A stretch of 64,000 bases of DNA from Spirochaetia bacterium (GTDB lineage: Bacteria; Spirochaetota; Spirochaetia; DSM-2461). The translations under genes and the position numbers were made by a program. The stretch lies in NCBI GenBank assembly GCA_963666985.2, contig CAXXIA010000002.1, positions 192,001 through 256,000 of the forward strand, in the 5' to 3' direction. Below, one piece after another: positions 37,976 through 48,653 of this stretch (position 1 is its first letter; the number at the start of each line of letters is the position of its first letter). The notes below the pieces were generated by a model. That model had not been told where the DNA came from and did no database searches. It was given only the letters and a program-made list of their open reading frames with translations.

Positions 37976-39315
37976 CCGATTAATACCTCGCCTTTAGGAT
38001 AATCTATCAATACTTCGGCCCGATCTCTTGCCGTTCTGATAACCAGAGAAAATAAACCGACTCTGCCCGCGAACATGGTTATCGCCACGACGATTTTACC
38101 GCCGAGTGAAAGACCTCCGGTTATCCCCATGGAAAGCCCCACGGTTCCCAATGCGGAAACACACTCGAAGACCACCTGATTCGAGGAAAATCCGCGGGGA
38201 ATTTCCAGGATGCCCAAAGCCAGAATACTGACAAACAGCAGCGAAACGGCTTTCAGAAAAAACATCGCCGCCCTGCTTACATCCATTGATGAAATCCGTC
38301 TGCGAAACAAACGGACATCGCCCTTTTCATCCACCCCCCGAAAAAGAACGAGGAAGAGAATAAACGCCGTTGAAACCTTGATTCCTCCCGCTGTGGATCC
38401 CGATCCGCCGCCGATGAGCATTAAGACCAAAGTCAGCCAGCGTGACGGATCGGACAAGGCGGCCTGATCAACCGTATTAAAGCCAGCCGTTCTCGTGGTA
38501 ACCGACTGAAACAGCGCCGCCAAAAACTTTTCACCGCCGGGAAGGGAGCGAAACAGCCCCTCGGAATCCAAGGCCAGATATCCGAGAAAACCGATAAGGA
38601 CAAACAAAGGCACCGCCGTAATCATCAGCCTGGAATGGAAAAGCAGAGGACGCCGCCAATCCTGCATTTTTCTGCGGATATCCCGAATAACCATAAAGCC
38701 GATTCCGCCTGTGATGATGAGAGCCATAATCGTCAGATTCACCAGAACGTTTCCCCGAAACGGGACCAAACCTTCGCCGTATAGAGAAAAACCGGCATTG
38801 CAGAACGCCGATACGGCATGAAACACACCCTCGACAACAGGGCGATCGGTCCCGGCCCGAAAAAACGCGATCGACAAAAGCACGGCTCCGGCCGATTCAA
38901 TGATAAATGTTGTGTAGAGGATGGTTCCGATCATCTGACGCGCTTGGGGCATTTGTTCGGAAACAAAGGATTCGCGAAGGTATCGGCTGCTTTTCAGTGA
39001 AATCCGTACACGGGGCAGCGCGAGATAAAGCATTCCGAAGGTAACGATGCCCAGGCCTCCGGCCTGAATCAGAACCAGGATAATCCATTGTCCCAGCGGA
39101 CTCCACAAAGATGTATCCACGGTAATGAGCCCCGTCACGCAGGAGGCCGAAACGGCTGTAAAAAAGGCATCTTCCGGGGGAACCGCCTTCATGCCTCCGG
39201 AGCCGCTCCAACTCGCCGGCAATGAAAGCATGAACGTCCCTAAAAGAATCAGCCCGATAAAATAAGAGTATAGGGCGAGTCGTTCGGCGGACCAAGCGTG
39301 TCGTTTTCTTCTCAT
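37972..39315 (-). CDS. ktrB: K+ uptake permease (KtrB/TrkH)
   Basis: Four pore loops CVTGL, CNAGF, RTAGF, GTVGLS; STAGGIK. Confidence 0.94.
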   Translation of the reverse strand: MRRKRHAWSAERLALYSYFIGLILLGTFMLSLPASWSGSGGMKAVPPEDAFFTAVSASCVTGLITVDTSLWSPLGQWIILVLIQAGGLGIVTFGMLYLALPRVRISLKSSRYLRESFVSEQMPQARQMIGTILYTTFIIESAGAVLLSIAFFRAGTDRPVVEGVFHAVSAFCNAGFSLYGEGLVPFRGNVLVNLTIMALIITGGIGFMVIRDIRRKMQDWRRPLLFHSRLMITAVPLFVLIGFLGYLALDSEGLFRSLPGGEKFLAALFQSVTTRTAGFNTVDQAALSDPSRWLTLVLMLIGGGSGSTAGGIKVSTAFILFLVLFRGVDEKGDVRLFRRRISSMDVSRAAMFFLKAVSLLFVSILALGILEIPRGFSSNQVVFECVSALGTVGLSMGITGGLSLGGKIVVAITMFAGRVGLFSLVIRTARDRAEVLIDYPKGEVLIG

Positions 39316-39381
39316 CGGCGGCTCACAGAATATCCCGAGAAACGCCGCCGTGCCCAGTCTTGACGGAATCTTCATTTCAGG

Positions 39382-39405
39382 ATATTTAGATATTTGTCTA
39401 AATAT
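39382..39405. promoter_or_regulatory. Putative SdpR/ArsR operator
   Basis: ATATTTAGA-N6-TCTAAATAT perfect inverted repeat about 50 bp upstream of the ArsR gene. Confidence 0.75.
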
Positions 39406-39457
39406 TTAATTTCGATCTGCCGGAGAAAATCGGACTTCAAATCCGGCGGGAGACCGC

Positions 39458-39742
39458 GTGAACACTCTTTTTAAAGCCCTTGCCGATCCCACGCGTAGAA
39501 AAATCCTGGAACTCCTCAGGGAAAAGGACCTCCGGGCGGGAGAAATCGCCCGGGCCTTTGACATCAGCAAGCCTTCCATCAGCCATCATCTGAATATGCT
39601 CAGACAATCCGGTCTTGTTCTCTCCGAACGGGACGGTCAAAACATCATTTATTCTCTGAACACAACGGTTTTCCAGGAGGTACTGTCATGGATTTACGAT
39701 CTGAAAGGCGAAAAGAACGAGAACAAAACGAAAAAACCGTGA
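39458..39742 (+). CDS. ArsR family autorepressor, SdpR-like
   Basis: FKALADPTRRKIL, AGEIA..F.ISKPSISHHL, GQ.I.YSLNTTVFQE. Confidence 0.93.
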   Translation: MNTLFKALADPTRRKILELLREKDLRAGEIARAFDISKPSISHHLNMLRQSGLVLSERDGQNIIYSLNTTVFQEVLSWIYDLKGEKNENKTKKP

Positions 39743-40401
39743 AAAAGGATACATGGCTTGCGGCGCTCTCCACAGCCAATTGGATCGCCGTCCTCATCAT
39801 GCTTCCGCGTATTCCGGACCGCATTCCCCTGCATTGGAACATCGGCGGCGGCATCGACAACTGGGGAGGGAAAATCAACCTTATCTGGCTCGGCGCCGTC
39901 GGACCGGCTCTCTGGGCTCTGATGACGTATCTCCCCTCCATCGACCCGGGAAAAAAGAATTACGCGAAATTCGGCGGTTCCTACCGTGTTATCCGCGCTA
40001 TGCTTGTTATTTTAATGTCGGCCCTGGTTTGGATTTCGGTGGCCGCGGCATCGGAAGAAACCCTCAACGCGGTACTGTTTATAAAAATATCCCTCGGTCT
40101 TGTCTTCACCGTTATCGGGAATCTTATGATGCGGCTCAGACCGAATTGGTTTACCGGCGTCAAAACGCCCTGGACCCTTGCCGACCCCGTAATATGGAAG
40201 AAGACTCATCGTTTGGCCGGCTACTTAATGACCGCCGGGGGACTCATTTTTCTTGTAAGCGCGGCTTTTCTGCCGGGACCGTCGGGATTCTGGATTCCCA
40301 TGATCATTATTGTCGGCGGCGCGTTCGCCGATATTGTCTTCTCGGCCGTTCTCTGGCGGAAATTACACGGCCGTGAGCCCGTTACTCGCCCCAAACGATG
40401 A
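39739..40401 (+). CDS. SdpI/YhfL family immunity-like membrane protein
   Basis: PDRIPLHWN..G, PNWF.G..TPWTL...IW.KTHR..G; GTGA overlap with regulator. Confidence 0.88.
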   Translation: MKKDTWLAALSTANWIAVLIMLPRIPDRIPLHWNIGGGIDNWGGKINLIWLGAVGPALWALMTYLPSIDPGKKNYAKFGGSYRVIRAMLVILMSALVWISVAAASEETLNAVLFIKISLGLVFTVIGNLMMRLRPNWFTGVKTPWTLADPVIWKKTHRLAGYLMTAGGLIFLVSAAFLPGPSGFWIPMIIIVGGAFADIVFSAVLWRKLHGREPVTRPKR

Positions 40402-41170
40402 TTCGCCGTCCCTTATCCTCGATTATCCGCGCTTTGACGCCGTAAAGATCGGCAAGATGTCGAGGAACGAGCATTTCATCGGCACGGCCTACCTGCAATG
40501 GCCCTTTGCCGTAAAGAAGCACGACTTTGTCGGCCAATCGGGTGACCATATCCGGTTCATGCGAACTCATCAGGAGTGTGATGCCCGACGCCTTCAAATC
40601 GCTCAGTATACCGATAATCCGCTCTCGGTTCGCCGGATCCAAATGATTCGCCGGCTCATCAAGTAAAAGAATCCGCGGTTTCTGAAGCAAGGCCCTCGCG
40701 ATAAGAACCAAACGCCTCTCACCTCCGCTCAGTTCTGAAACGGCGCGTTTGGAAAGATCCGCAATCCCGACACCGCCCAAAGCCTCCTCGGCCAGCGAAA
40801 TATCATGAACACCCGGAGAAGCCAATGGAGGCAAATACGGTGCCCGGCCCAGCAGAACATACTCGAGAACGCTGTAGGAAAACGGCAGATGCTCTTCTTG
40901 AGGAACGAGAGCCATTGTTTTACCGCGCTCCCGCGACGGGAGTCTCTCCAGAGGACGCCCCTCGGAGAACACCGCTCCGCTCGTCGGCCTCCTCCAGCCG
41001 AGGATAAGTTCAAGCAAGGTCGTCTTCCCCGAACCGTTCGGACCGATAAGGCAGCAGGTCTCGCCGGCGGTAACATCCAAATCGAGTCCCCGGAACAGCG
41101 GTACGGCGGAGGAAGACCATGAGAAGTTCACGTTCCGCAATGAAACGGAGGGAACCGCATCAGCGCTCAC
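40382..41170 (-). CDS. Iron-chelate/cobalamin ABC transporter ATPase
   Basis: GPNGSGKTT, LSGGE, LLLDEP..HLD. Confidence 0.93.
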   Translation of the reverse strand: MSADAVPSVSLRNVNFSWSSSAVPLFRGLDLDVTAGETCCLIGPNGSGKTTLLELILGWRRPTSGAVFSEGRPLERLPSRERGKTMALVPQEEHLPFSYSVLEYVLLGRAPYLPPLASPGVHDISLAEEALGGVGIADLSKRAVSELSGGERRLVLIARALLQKPRILLLDEPANHLDPANRERIIGILSDLKASGITLLMSSHEPDMVTRLADKVVLLYGKGPLQVGRADEMLVPRHLADLYGVKARIIEDKGRRIIVWGE

Positions 41171-42173
41171 GGGGTATCCTTTCCCGAAGGGACATCAGAA
41201 CGGAGAAAGCCAATGCGCCGAAAAGCGAGGTAATCAAACCCAGAGGGATTTCGCCGGTAAGAAGACTTCTCGCCAAATCGTCGCAGAGAAGAACGAACAG
41301 GGCCCCGAGAATCATGGAAAGAGGCAGGGATCGGGACGTATCCGCGCCCGCGATCTTCCGGGAAACATGGGGAACAAGCAGCCCCACCCAGGAAACAACC
41401 CCGGCGGCGGCCGTAACGGCCGCCACGGCAATAACCGAAACAACCACAAGAACACCGCGTTCCCGCCCCGGATTGCTTCCGAGGGCGAAAGCCGACCTGT
41501 CGTCCAATGAAAGAAGGTTGATGCGCCATCGATGGATGCAAAGAAACAGGAGAGAAAAAATCACAGGGAAGGCGGTCCTCGCCACCGCCGACCAGTCGGC
41601 CGAAGAAAGACCGCCCATCAGCCAAAAAGTTATTTCCGGCAGTTCGCTTCTGGGATCGGCCAGCGACTTCAAGACTCCGATACCGGATGAAAAGAACGCC
41701 GATGTGACAATTCCCGCAAGGACCAGTCTCAGGATGCTTCCTCCGTAGCGGAACCGACGGGCCAGCATCCAGCTTAAGCCCAATCCCATAAGGCCGAAAA
41801 AAGCGGCGAAAATTGGAATGTGCCAGAGAGCCTCTCCGGCAAGAAGAATCGCCAGGGCGGCACCGAAAGCGGCCCCCTGGCTCACGCCGAGAAGTCCCGG
41901 CTCAACGAGAGGGTTGCCCAAGACGGTCTGCAGCACCGTACCCGCCGCGGCAAGGGAAGCACCGAGCATCAGGGCGCAAAGAATCCGCGGAAGCCGAATA
42001 TTCCAAAGAAGAGCGCGCGCCAATGCATTCTCTTTCAAAACCGAGAAGCCGGTGAACCCGGGTTCGGGATAACGTCCCCAGACGGCGGACAAAAAGACGA
42101 GGACCGCCAAGAGGAGGGAAACGGCGGCGAAGGCCGCACGCCGCTTTTTCTCGGAAATCAGTCCGGGCTCCAC
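41160..42173 (-). CDS. FecCD family ABC permease
   Basis: IRLPRI, NPLVEP..LGVS.GA, FWLMG, WVGL.VPH. Confidence 0.94.
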   Translation of the reverse strand: MEPGLISEKKRRAAFAAVSLLLAVLVFLSAVWGRYPEPGFTGFSVLKENALARALLWNIRLPRILCALMLGASLAAAGTVLQTVLGNPLVEPGLLGVSQGAAFGAALAILLAGEALWHIPIFAAFFGLMGLGLSWMLARRFRYGGSILRLVLAGIVTSAFFSSGIGVLKSLADPRSELPEITFWLMGGLSSADWSAVARTAFPVIFSLLFLCIHRWRINLLSLDDRSAFALGSNPGRERGVLVVVSVIAVAAVTAAAGVVSWVGLLVPHVSRKIAGADTSRSLPLSMILGALFVLLCDDLARSLLTGEIPLGLITSLFGALAFSVLMSLRERIPRER

Positions 42174-43228
42174 AAACGAGGCGCGATGAGCTCATCATAG
42201 GCTTCCTCGTCCAAAAAGAAAAAATCTTGAAAAAAGGAACGTGCCTCGTTTTCCATGTCCAAATCGGGAAACCGTTCGGGATGAAGCACACCCGCCGTCC
42301 ACGTAAGGCCCAGGAGCCAGCGGGCGTCGGGCTGATCCCAGCTGTGGTAATCGGCGGGAAAAGCATAAAAACGATTATTCTTTACGGCGTCCAGCGACGA
42401 CCACACAGGATCGGCCTCAATGGCCTTAACGGCAGCCTCCGCGTCCACATGATAGGCCGCCACCATAATCACATCGGGATTCCAGGCGGCGATCTGCTCG
42501 ATATTGGTTTTTGTCCATCTCTCTCCGAGATCGGCGTCCTTCCAGACAGGATCGCCGCCCGCCATTTCCACCATTCGGGTTTGAATCCACGAAAGCGGCG
42601 GAACGTTAACCGCACTCTTCCCATCTTTGACCGACCAGTAAAGCATCAGAGTTCTCGGCTTCTCGGAATCCTTAAGATCGGCCAGAGGTTCTTCCACCGC
42701 GGCGATGCGCTTATCGAAAAGGTTGATCAGTTCCTCGGCCCGATCGGGATTGCCGAACATATCGCCGATCACCGCCAAATCGTTCTTCCAGGCTTCGGGA
42801 GTTTCCAAATCAAGATAAAGCGTTTTTACGCCCACGCGCTCAATCGGCTCACCCATTGGGGATTTCAAAAAATTCTTCATTACCACCAGATCGGGGTTCT
42901 GTGCCAGGATTTCCTCGGTGGCGACTTGACGGGGATTGATGATTTTTTCTTCGCTTCGCGGATCGATATCGGAGGCGAAAAAACCGTTCCCCTGATTTCC
43001 GTCGGCCATGGCGATAACTCTCTCCGAGGCTTCCGGAAACATATAAAGGGCATCAAGTATTATAAAAGCCGAAGAACCGACTTGAACGATTCTTTGAGGG
43101 GATGCCGGATTCGAAGCCCCCTCGCCGCCGCCGGATTCGGCGGCATCATCCATTCCGCGGGCTCCCAGAGAACATGCGGCAAAAATAAAAAGAATCGGAA
43201 TCAGTCTTTTGAAAAAAATCTGTATCAT
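42158..43228 (-). CDS. Iron-chelate/cobalamin ABC substrate-binding protein
   Basis: EEILA.NPDLV, EQI..WNPD, AVKN.R, WDQP. Confidence 0.9.
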   Translation of the reverse strand: MIQIFFKRLIPILFIFAACSLGARGMDDAAESGGGEGASNPASPQRIVQVGSSAFIILDALYMFPEASERVIAMADGNQGNGFFASDIDPRSEEKIINPRQVATEEILAQNPDLVVMKNFLKSPMGEPIERVGVKTLYLDLETPEAWKNDLAVIGDMFGNPDRAEELINLFDKRIAAVEEPLADLKDSEKPRTLMLYWSVKDGKSAVNVPPLSWIQTRMVEMAGGDPVWKDADLGERWTKTNIEQIAAWNPDVIMVAAYHVDAEAAVKAIEADPVWSSLDAVKNNRFYAFPADYHSWDQPDARWLLGLTWTAGVLHPERFPDLDMENEARSFFQDFFFLDEEAYDELIAPRLWSPD

Positions 43229-43407
43229 TCACTCAACCTCTTTTGTGTGATAAGGATACGAAGGATATTCAACCTGATCAACGCCGCCGTTTGAGAAACG
43301 GAGCCATTGACGCACGGCTAAAAGAAGCCGCGGATCATTGAATGAAACGGATGACCGGTCTTGCCGTAAAACCCATCGGAACCTATGCTTAACCGTGGAA
43401 TAGACAC

Positions 43408-43980
43408 ATGAAAGCGAAAAAAATTGAACTTCTGAGAAAAGTCTATGATAAAAATGAAGAGACTCAAGCTTTCGTGATTAAGGCTTTAATCACCAAATAC
43501 ACGGATATCTTCAACGATCTGGATCCCTCTCCTTTGAGAAAGAGAGATCTGGATCAGGACTTTATAAATTATCTTGTATCCTGTTCGCTGGACATTCCTC
43601 TCAAATATAAAACCGAGCTTCATTTTGTGTGCCCGAAAGAAATCGCGGATGCGGCAAAAGAAGAACGCGCAAAAGCCGGAATCGGTACGTATTGCAATTT
43701 AACGATGCTGACCCTAAGAGAGGAATTGAAGAAATCCTATAAAAGAGCCGCCGGCTATATCCTGATTTTCATCGCCCTGGTTTCCATCGCATTCGCATTC
43801 GGACCGAATTTCGAGAAACACGTTATTACCGAAACGCTTCGAGAAGGAATTTTCATCGGCGGATGGGTCTTTTTATGGGAAGCCATCGCCATTGTCTTTA
43901 TGAAAAACAAGAAGATGATTTCCGAATACAAAAGATATGAACGTTTGGAAGATTCTCCGGTGGAGTTTATTTATGAATAA
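43408..43980 (+). CDS. Hypothetical membrane protein
   Basis: DIFNDLDPSP..RDL, two TMs, EG..IGGWVFLWE. Confidence 0.8.
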   Translation: MKAKKIELLRKVYDKNEETQAFVIKALITKYTDIFNDLDPSPLRKRDLDQDFINYLVSCSLDIPLKYKTELHFVCPKEIADAAKEERAKAGIGTYCNLTMLTLREELKKSYKRAAGYILIFIALVSIAFAFGPNFEKHVITETLREGIFIGGWVFLWEAIAIVFMKNKKMISEYKRYERLEDSPVEFIYE

Positions 43981-44078
43981 ATTGGCGGACGCTGAGGATG
44001 CCGTCGGTTCCGGATTTGTTCGTCCGTAAAAGATAATCACACAAGACATCGGCCGAAATCATTTCCGAACCCTTATCT

Positions 44079-44558
44079 TCAAGCCGGTTTTCTACCCCTT
44101 TGGATTTCTTCCAGCAAGCCCGTACAGGTTCTTTCGACAAGACTCCAGACAAGCTCGAAGCCTTCCGGTCCGCCGTACCAGGGATCCGGCACATCCCCGG
44201 TTCCTTCGGGATCGAAATCCCGAAACATCCGAACCTTTTCTCTCTCGGATTCACTGCGGCATAAAGAGAGAACATTCCGAAGATTATCCCGATCCATCGC
44301 CAAAAGAAGATCGTAATCGGCAAGATCGTTTCTATGAAGCTTGCGGGCTTTATGATTGAGCTTAACGCCATGATCGGCGGCGGTGCGCCTCATTCTGGGG
44401 TCGGCCTGTTCTCCGACGTGCCAAGCATCGGTGCCGCTGGATTCCGCCTCTATTCCGTGAACTTCGGCTTTTCGAACCTTATGCTCAAAAACGGCATGAG
44501 CCAAAGGACTCCTGCAGATATTTCCCGTACAGATAAACATGATGCGAATCGTATCCAT
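44079..44558 (-). CDS. Low-molecular-weight protein tyrosine phosphatase
   Basis: CTGNICRS, LAMD, VPDPWYG. Confidence 0.95.
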   Translation of the reverse strand: MDTIRIMFICTGNICRSPLAHAVFEHKVRKAEVHGIEAESSGTDAWHVGEQADPRMRRTAADHGVKLNHKARKLHRNDLADYDLLLAMDRDNLRNVLSLCRSESEREKVRMFRDFDPEGTGDVPDPWYGGPEGFELVWSLVERTCTGLLEEIQRGRKPA

Positions 44559-44713
44559 GAGCGAAGTATTGAAGATTTCCGCCCATCGCGGCAATCGGGG
44601 TTACCGGATAAAAACCGGCGGAATGAAACGTCCGCGACCGATGACGATACCGACGAAATCGGCCGCCGTGTTTAAACAAACGGACGGCGCAAATCCCGCC
44701 GCTTCATGGAAAA

Positions 44714-45757
44714 TCATTCTCTTCCGTAAATGATATTTTCCTGTTCGGCAACCCGGATAAACGTTGTCCGCCGGCTTAACTCCTTGAGCCGGGCCGCTCC
44801 CACATAGGTACAGGCGGACCGAACGCCGCCGAGAATATCCTGCAGTGTTTCCTCGACCGATCCGCGATACGGAATTCGCACCGCTTTTCCTTCGGATGCG
44901 CGATAATCGGCGACGCCGCCGGAATGCTTATCCATGGCTTCTTTCGAACTCATTCCGTAGAAAAGGACGTATTTCCGGCCGTCCTCTTCGATAATTTCAC
45001 CCTCGCACTCCTTGTGTCCGGCGAGCATGCCTCCCAGCATTACGTAATCGGCACCGGCTCCGAAGGCTTTCGCGACATCCCCGGGACGGATACAGCCGCC
45101 GTCCGAAATAATATGACCACCCAAACCGTGAGCGGCATCGGCGCATTCGATAACGGCCGAGAGCTGAGGATAGCCGACACCGGTTTTTACGCGCGTCGTA
45201 CAGACCGAACCGGGTCCTATTCCCACTTTAACGATGTCCGCCCCGGCGAGAATCAGTTCTTCCACCATTTCTCCGGTCACGACGTTTCCGGCGGTAATCA
45301 CCTTGCCGGGCCATGCTTCCCGAATTCGTTTGACGAAATCCACGAAATGTTCCGAATAGCCGTTGGCCACATCAATGCAGATATACCGAAGAGACGGATT
45401 TTGCGTCAGGATTCGTTCCAGTTTTTCACGGTCCGATTCTCCCGTTCCGGTACTCACCATAATGTAGTCCAGTGCCTCATGAGGAATTGAAGAGACAAAA
45501 GCGGTCCAATCCTCCGGTGAATAGTGCTTATGTACGGCCGTTACCAGTTTCTTGGCACTCAGAACCTCGGCCATTGAAAACGTGCCGACCGTATCCATAT
45601 TCGCGGCCATAACAGGGATTCCCGTCCACTGCGAACCGGAATTTCGAAACCGGAAAGTTCTGTTCAAATCGACTTGACTTCGACTGCCGAGAGTGGATCT
45701 TTTGGGGCGAATCATTACGTCTTTAAAGCCGAGTTTGATTTCATAATCTATACGCAT
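44714..45757 (-). CDS. guaC: GMP reductase (type 1)
   Basis: [36 protein letters not shown]. Confidence 0.96.
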   Translation of the reverse strand: MRIDYEIKLGFKDVMIRPKRSTLGSRSQVDLNRTFRFRNSGSQWTGIPVMAANMDTVGTFSMAEVLSAKKLVTAVHKHYSPEDWTAFVSSIPHEALDYIMVSTGTGESDREKLERILTQNPSLRYICIDVANGYSEHFVDFVKRIREAWPGKVITAGNVVTGEMVEELILAGADIVKVGIGPGSVCTTRVKTGVGYPQLSAVIECADAAHGLGGHIISDGGCIRPGDVAKAFGAGADYVMLGGMLAGHKECEGEIIEEDGRKYVLFYGMSSKEAMDKHSGGVADYRASEGKAVRIPYRGSVEETLQDILGGVRSACTYVGAARLKELSRRTTFIRVAEQENIIYGRE

Positions 45758-45900
45758 AGAACACCTCGATGCCTTCTTCCTAATGTACCGCGTTCCGCCT
45801 GGCGGTACTGATCTTGCACCGCCGGGTAGATTAGTCGATGTACACGGACCGATTCAACCCTATCGTTAAAATGAACTTATGGATGCACTATAATGAAAAC

Positions 45901-46686
45901 ATGGGCAAGAACAAGCTGGATAAGAAATTTTATGAAAAAGAAATGAAGCGCCTGCAAATCGAACTGATAAAAGTTCAGCAATGGGTTAAGGAAACCGGTC
46001 AAAAAATCGTCGTGATCTTCGAAGGACGGGATGCCGCCGGAAAAGGCGGCGTTATTAAAAGAATCTCGCAAAGCCTCAATCCTCGCGTCGTCCGCATTGT
46101 CGCTTTAGGCAAGCCGACGGACAGGGAAGTCAGTCAATGGTATTTCCAAAGGTATGTCGCCCATCTGCCGGCGGCGGGAGAAATGTGCCTGTTCGACAGA
46201 AGCTGGTACAACGCCGCCGGAGTCGATAAGGTGATGGGGTTTCTTTCGGAACGGCAAGTTGATGAGTTTCTTCATACCTGCCCGGATTTCGAAAACATGC
46301 TCATCGGATCGGGAATCCGGCTTATTAAATTCTGGTTCAGCGTCAGCTCAAAGGAACAGGATCGGCGTTTCGAAGACCGCATTACCGATCCTTTGAAGCG
46401 ATGGAAGTTCAGCCCCATGGATTTGGAATCCCGTGAAAGATGGGAAGAATACTCCAAGGCGAAAGACGAAATGATGTCGGCCACGGATACGAATGAATAA
46501 CCTTGGTGGATCGTCGAAGCCGACGATAAACGGCGCGCCAGATTAAACTGCATCAGCCAATTGCTCGAGTTACTGCCGTATTATGAAATTCCAAGAGAAA
46601 AAATAACGCTTCCGCCTCGGCCCAAGGCCAAGGGTTACGTTCGATCGCCCAAACATGAACAACATTTCGTCCCGGAACGTTACTAA
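45901..46686 (+). pseudogene. ppk2: Polyphosphate kinase 2 with in-frame premature TAA at 46498-46500
   Basis: FEGRDAAGKGG, FDRSWYN; after the TAA the same frame continues PWWIVEADDKRRARLNCI.. to TAA at 46686. Confidence 0.9.
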
Positions 46687-46723
46687 AAACAGATTCTTCA
46701 ACGAACGGCCTTCCCGCCGCCGT

Positions 46724-47095
46724 TCAAAGGGAGGGAAATGCCGCCGCTTCCGTATCGCTCCGAATTTTGATGCCGATTTGGGATAATTTTTCCAAATCCT
46801 GCTTCAGCTTTTTTTCAGCGGAGAGATAGCAGCGCTTTTTCTTATGCGATCCGTCGCTTTCAAGAAATCCTCCGTAAACCTTTTGAAAGTGAGGTTCTTC
46901 CTCGCCGTCCGTTCCGCCGGAATAATTGGCGCAAAGTTTATAAACAACGGCTCCCTCGACAATGGATTCTTCGTAATCCAGCGTTAATGAAAGCTCCGCC
47001 GGAATCCCGGAATCCCGTTCTTTTCCGAGAAAATCCACCCAATCGTCAAAGCTTATCGGGCAGCGTTTGAAAAGACTGTATAAAAAAGTTTTCAT
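46724..47095 (-). CDS. Hypothetical protein
   Basis: 123-aa ORF 7 bp downstream of the Rrf2 gene. Confidence 0.65.
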   Translation of the reverse strand: MKTFLYSLFKRCPISFDDWVDFLGKERDSGIPAELSLTLDYEESIVEGAVVYKLCANYSGGTDGEEEPHFQKVYGGFLESDGSHKKKRCYLSAEKKLKQDLEKLSQIGIKIRSDTEAAAFPSL

Positions 47096-47102
47096 TTCCG
47101 CT

Positions 47103-47543
47103 CTATTCCGCCGTTCCGGACTCCGAAGACTCTTTTGCTCGGGGAACCAGATCTCTAAGAGTGGTGTTCTCCAGCCGATGAGCTATGTAATTCCGAATGT
47201 CCGAGAAGACCTCCATCAATTCGGCGCTTTGTTCCACGGCCGACGGTTCGTAAAAATATTCACTGACGGCAAGAACGGGCGCCAAAGCTCCGTCGAGGAG
47301 CCGAATCACATCGGCAAGGCAGATTTTCTCCGGAGCTTTTCCGAGCTTGTATCCGCCCTCCGGCCCCATACGGCTTTGAACATATCCGCTTCCCTTGAGA
47401 ATCAGCATGATCTGTTCCAGATATTTCCGCGGGATATTTCTGACCTCTGTAATCTCGGCGATCTTCGTATAGCCCTTTTCATAATTCTTGGCTAAGTCGA
47501 TAAGAGCCAAACAGGCATATTCACTTTTGGTCGACAATTTCAT
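47103..47543 (-). CDS. Rrf2 family regulator (CymR-like, no Fe-S Cys triad)
   Basis: KLSTKSEYA, KYLEQI..L, S..G..GGY.L. Confidence 0.92.
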   Translation of the reverse strand: MKLSTKSEYACLALIDLAKNYEKGYTKIAEITEVRNIPRKYLEQIMLILKGSGYVQSRMGPEGGYKLGKAPEKICLADVIRLLDGALAPVLAVSEYFYEPSAVEQSAELMEVFSDIRNYIAHRLENTTLRDLVPRAKESSESGTAE

Positions 47544-47618
47544 CTTGAATCCCTCGGCGGGCTTTACCATATCAAACGACCGCCGTGCGCTCATCCGGTT
47601 CCCGAGCTGAAAAAAACA

Positions 47619-48599
47619 TCACCGCAATGCTTTCGTCAGCGTATAAACAGCCAAAATGCAGGAGTATGCCGGAACAAACCATTTCCAGAATTTCTCCGGA
47701 ACGATTTTAACGGCATAGGGCGCCGCAACGGCGGCAAACATACTGCCCAGCATCATTGAAGGCAGCAGAATGAAATCAACAGGTGTGCCGGTCTCAAGCA
47801 GAGCAAACCAGACAATTACCGAAACAAGGCACACCGTACCTTCCGATAAGGCGGTAATGGCCATCATGGATTTCACCGGTATACCGGAAAGAAGCCCTCC
47901 TATCGTAACCACAGGACCGTAGCCTCCGCCTCCGATACCTTTATTGAATCCGGCCAACGCACCGAAGAACACCATCCGCCGCGGGGAATATTCCCGCTGT
48001 TTCCTTGAGTGGAACAGCGACACCAATCCCATAACAACCAGGAGCAATGCGACATAAAGACGAATCCATTTCTCGGCAAGTTTAAAAATACCGTATACGG
48101 ATGTTACGGAAACGATGACCGCGATACATCCTGAAACGGAAATTATAAGCCAAAGGCGCAGAGTTTCGGATAAAGGTTTGATTCTCCACCGAACATTCCC
48201 AAATTGGTTATGAAGCCAAGCTCCGGTAAGTCCCGCTACGGCCTGCTGTATCATTACCACGGGAATGATCTGCATCGGGGCAAATCCCAGGATTAAAAGC
48301 ATGGGGGTAATCGCCGTTCCAAATCCCATCCCGGCCGAAGCATCCAAAAACTCAAAAATTACCGTCAGAACAACAACCGTCCATTGAATTGTCGGCCCTT
48401 TGCCGCCGGAAAACGACGGACTACTCACCGCAAAGTACGCTATAAGGAAAACGGCGAAAAAAGCGGCAAGAGAGACGACTATGGCGAACCATTGCTTCCG
48501 TTCCGGTCGAATCTTGATACCGCTTCCCGACGAACCGGCGGAATCACTTGTTGAAAAACCGCGATAATCAATACCCGAAACAGGATTTGATTCGCCCAT
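47619..48599 (-). CDS. TauE/SafE (TSUP) sulfite exporter family
   Basis: D.S.GMGFG..TP, GIGGGGYGP, EG; multiple TMs. Confidence 0.85.
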   Translation of the reverse strand: MGESNPVSGIDYRGFSTSDSAGSSGSGIKIRPERKQWFAIVVSLAAFFAVFLIAYFAVSSPSFSGGKGPTIQWTVVVLTVIFEFLDASAGMGFGTAITPMLLILGFAPMQIIPVVMIQQAVAGLTGAWLHNQFGNVRWRIKPLSETLRLWLIISVSGCIAVIVSVTSVYGIFKLAEKWIRLYVALLLVVMGLVSLFHSRKQREYSPRRMVFFGALAGFNKGIGGGGYGPVVTIGGLLSGIPVKSMMAITALSEGTVCLVSVIVWFALLETGTPVDFILLPSMMLGSMFAAVAAPYAVKIVPEKFWKWFVPAYSCILAVYTLTKALR

Positions 48600-48630
48600 A
48601 TTCTTCGTCCCTTCCTTTTTATTGCACACT

Positions 48631-48653
48631 TTGTCTATCATTTTAGTAGACAA
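48631..48653. promoter_or_regulatory. Putative Rrf2 operator
   Basis: TTGTCTA-N9-TAGACAA about 30 bp upstream of the tauE-like start. Confidence 0.65.

Noticed and set aside
43229..43407. Cobalamin riboswitch or Fur box upstream of the FecCD importer
   Set aside because: No B12-box or convincing Fur consensus visible
46498..46500. Selenocysteine recoding or alternative genetic code in ppk2
   Set aside because: The codon is TAA, not TGA, and TAA terminates many intact genes in the window
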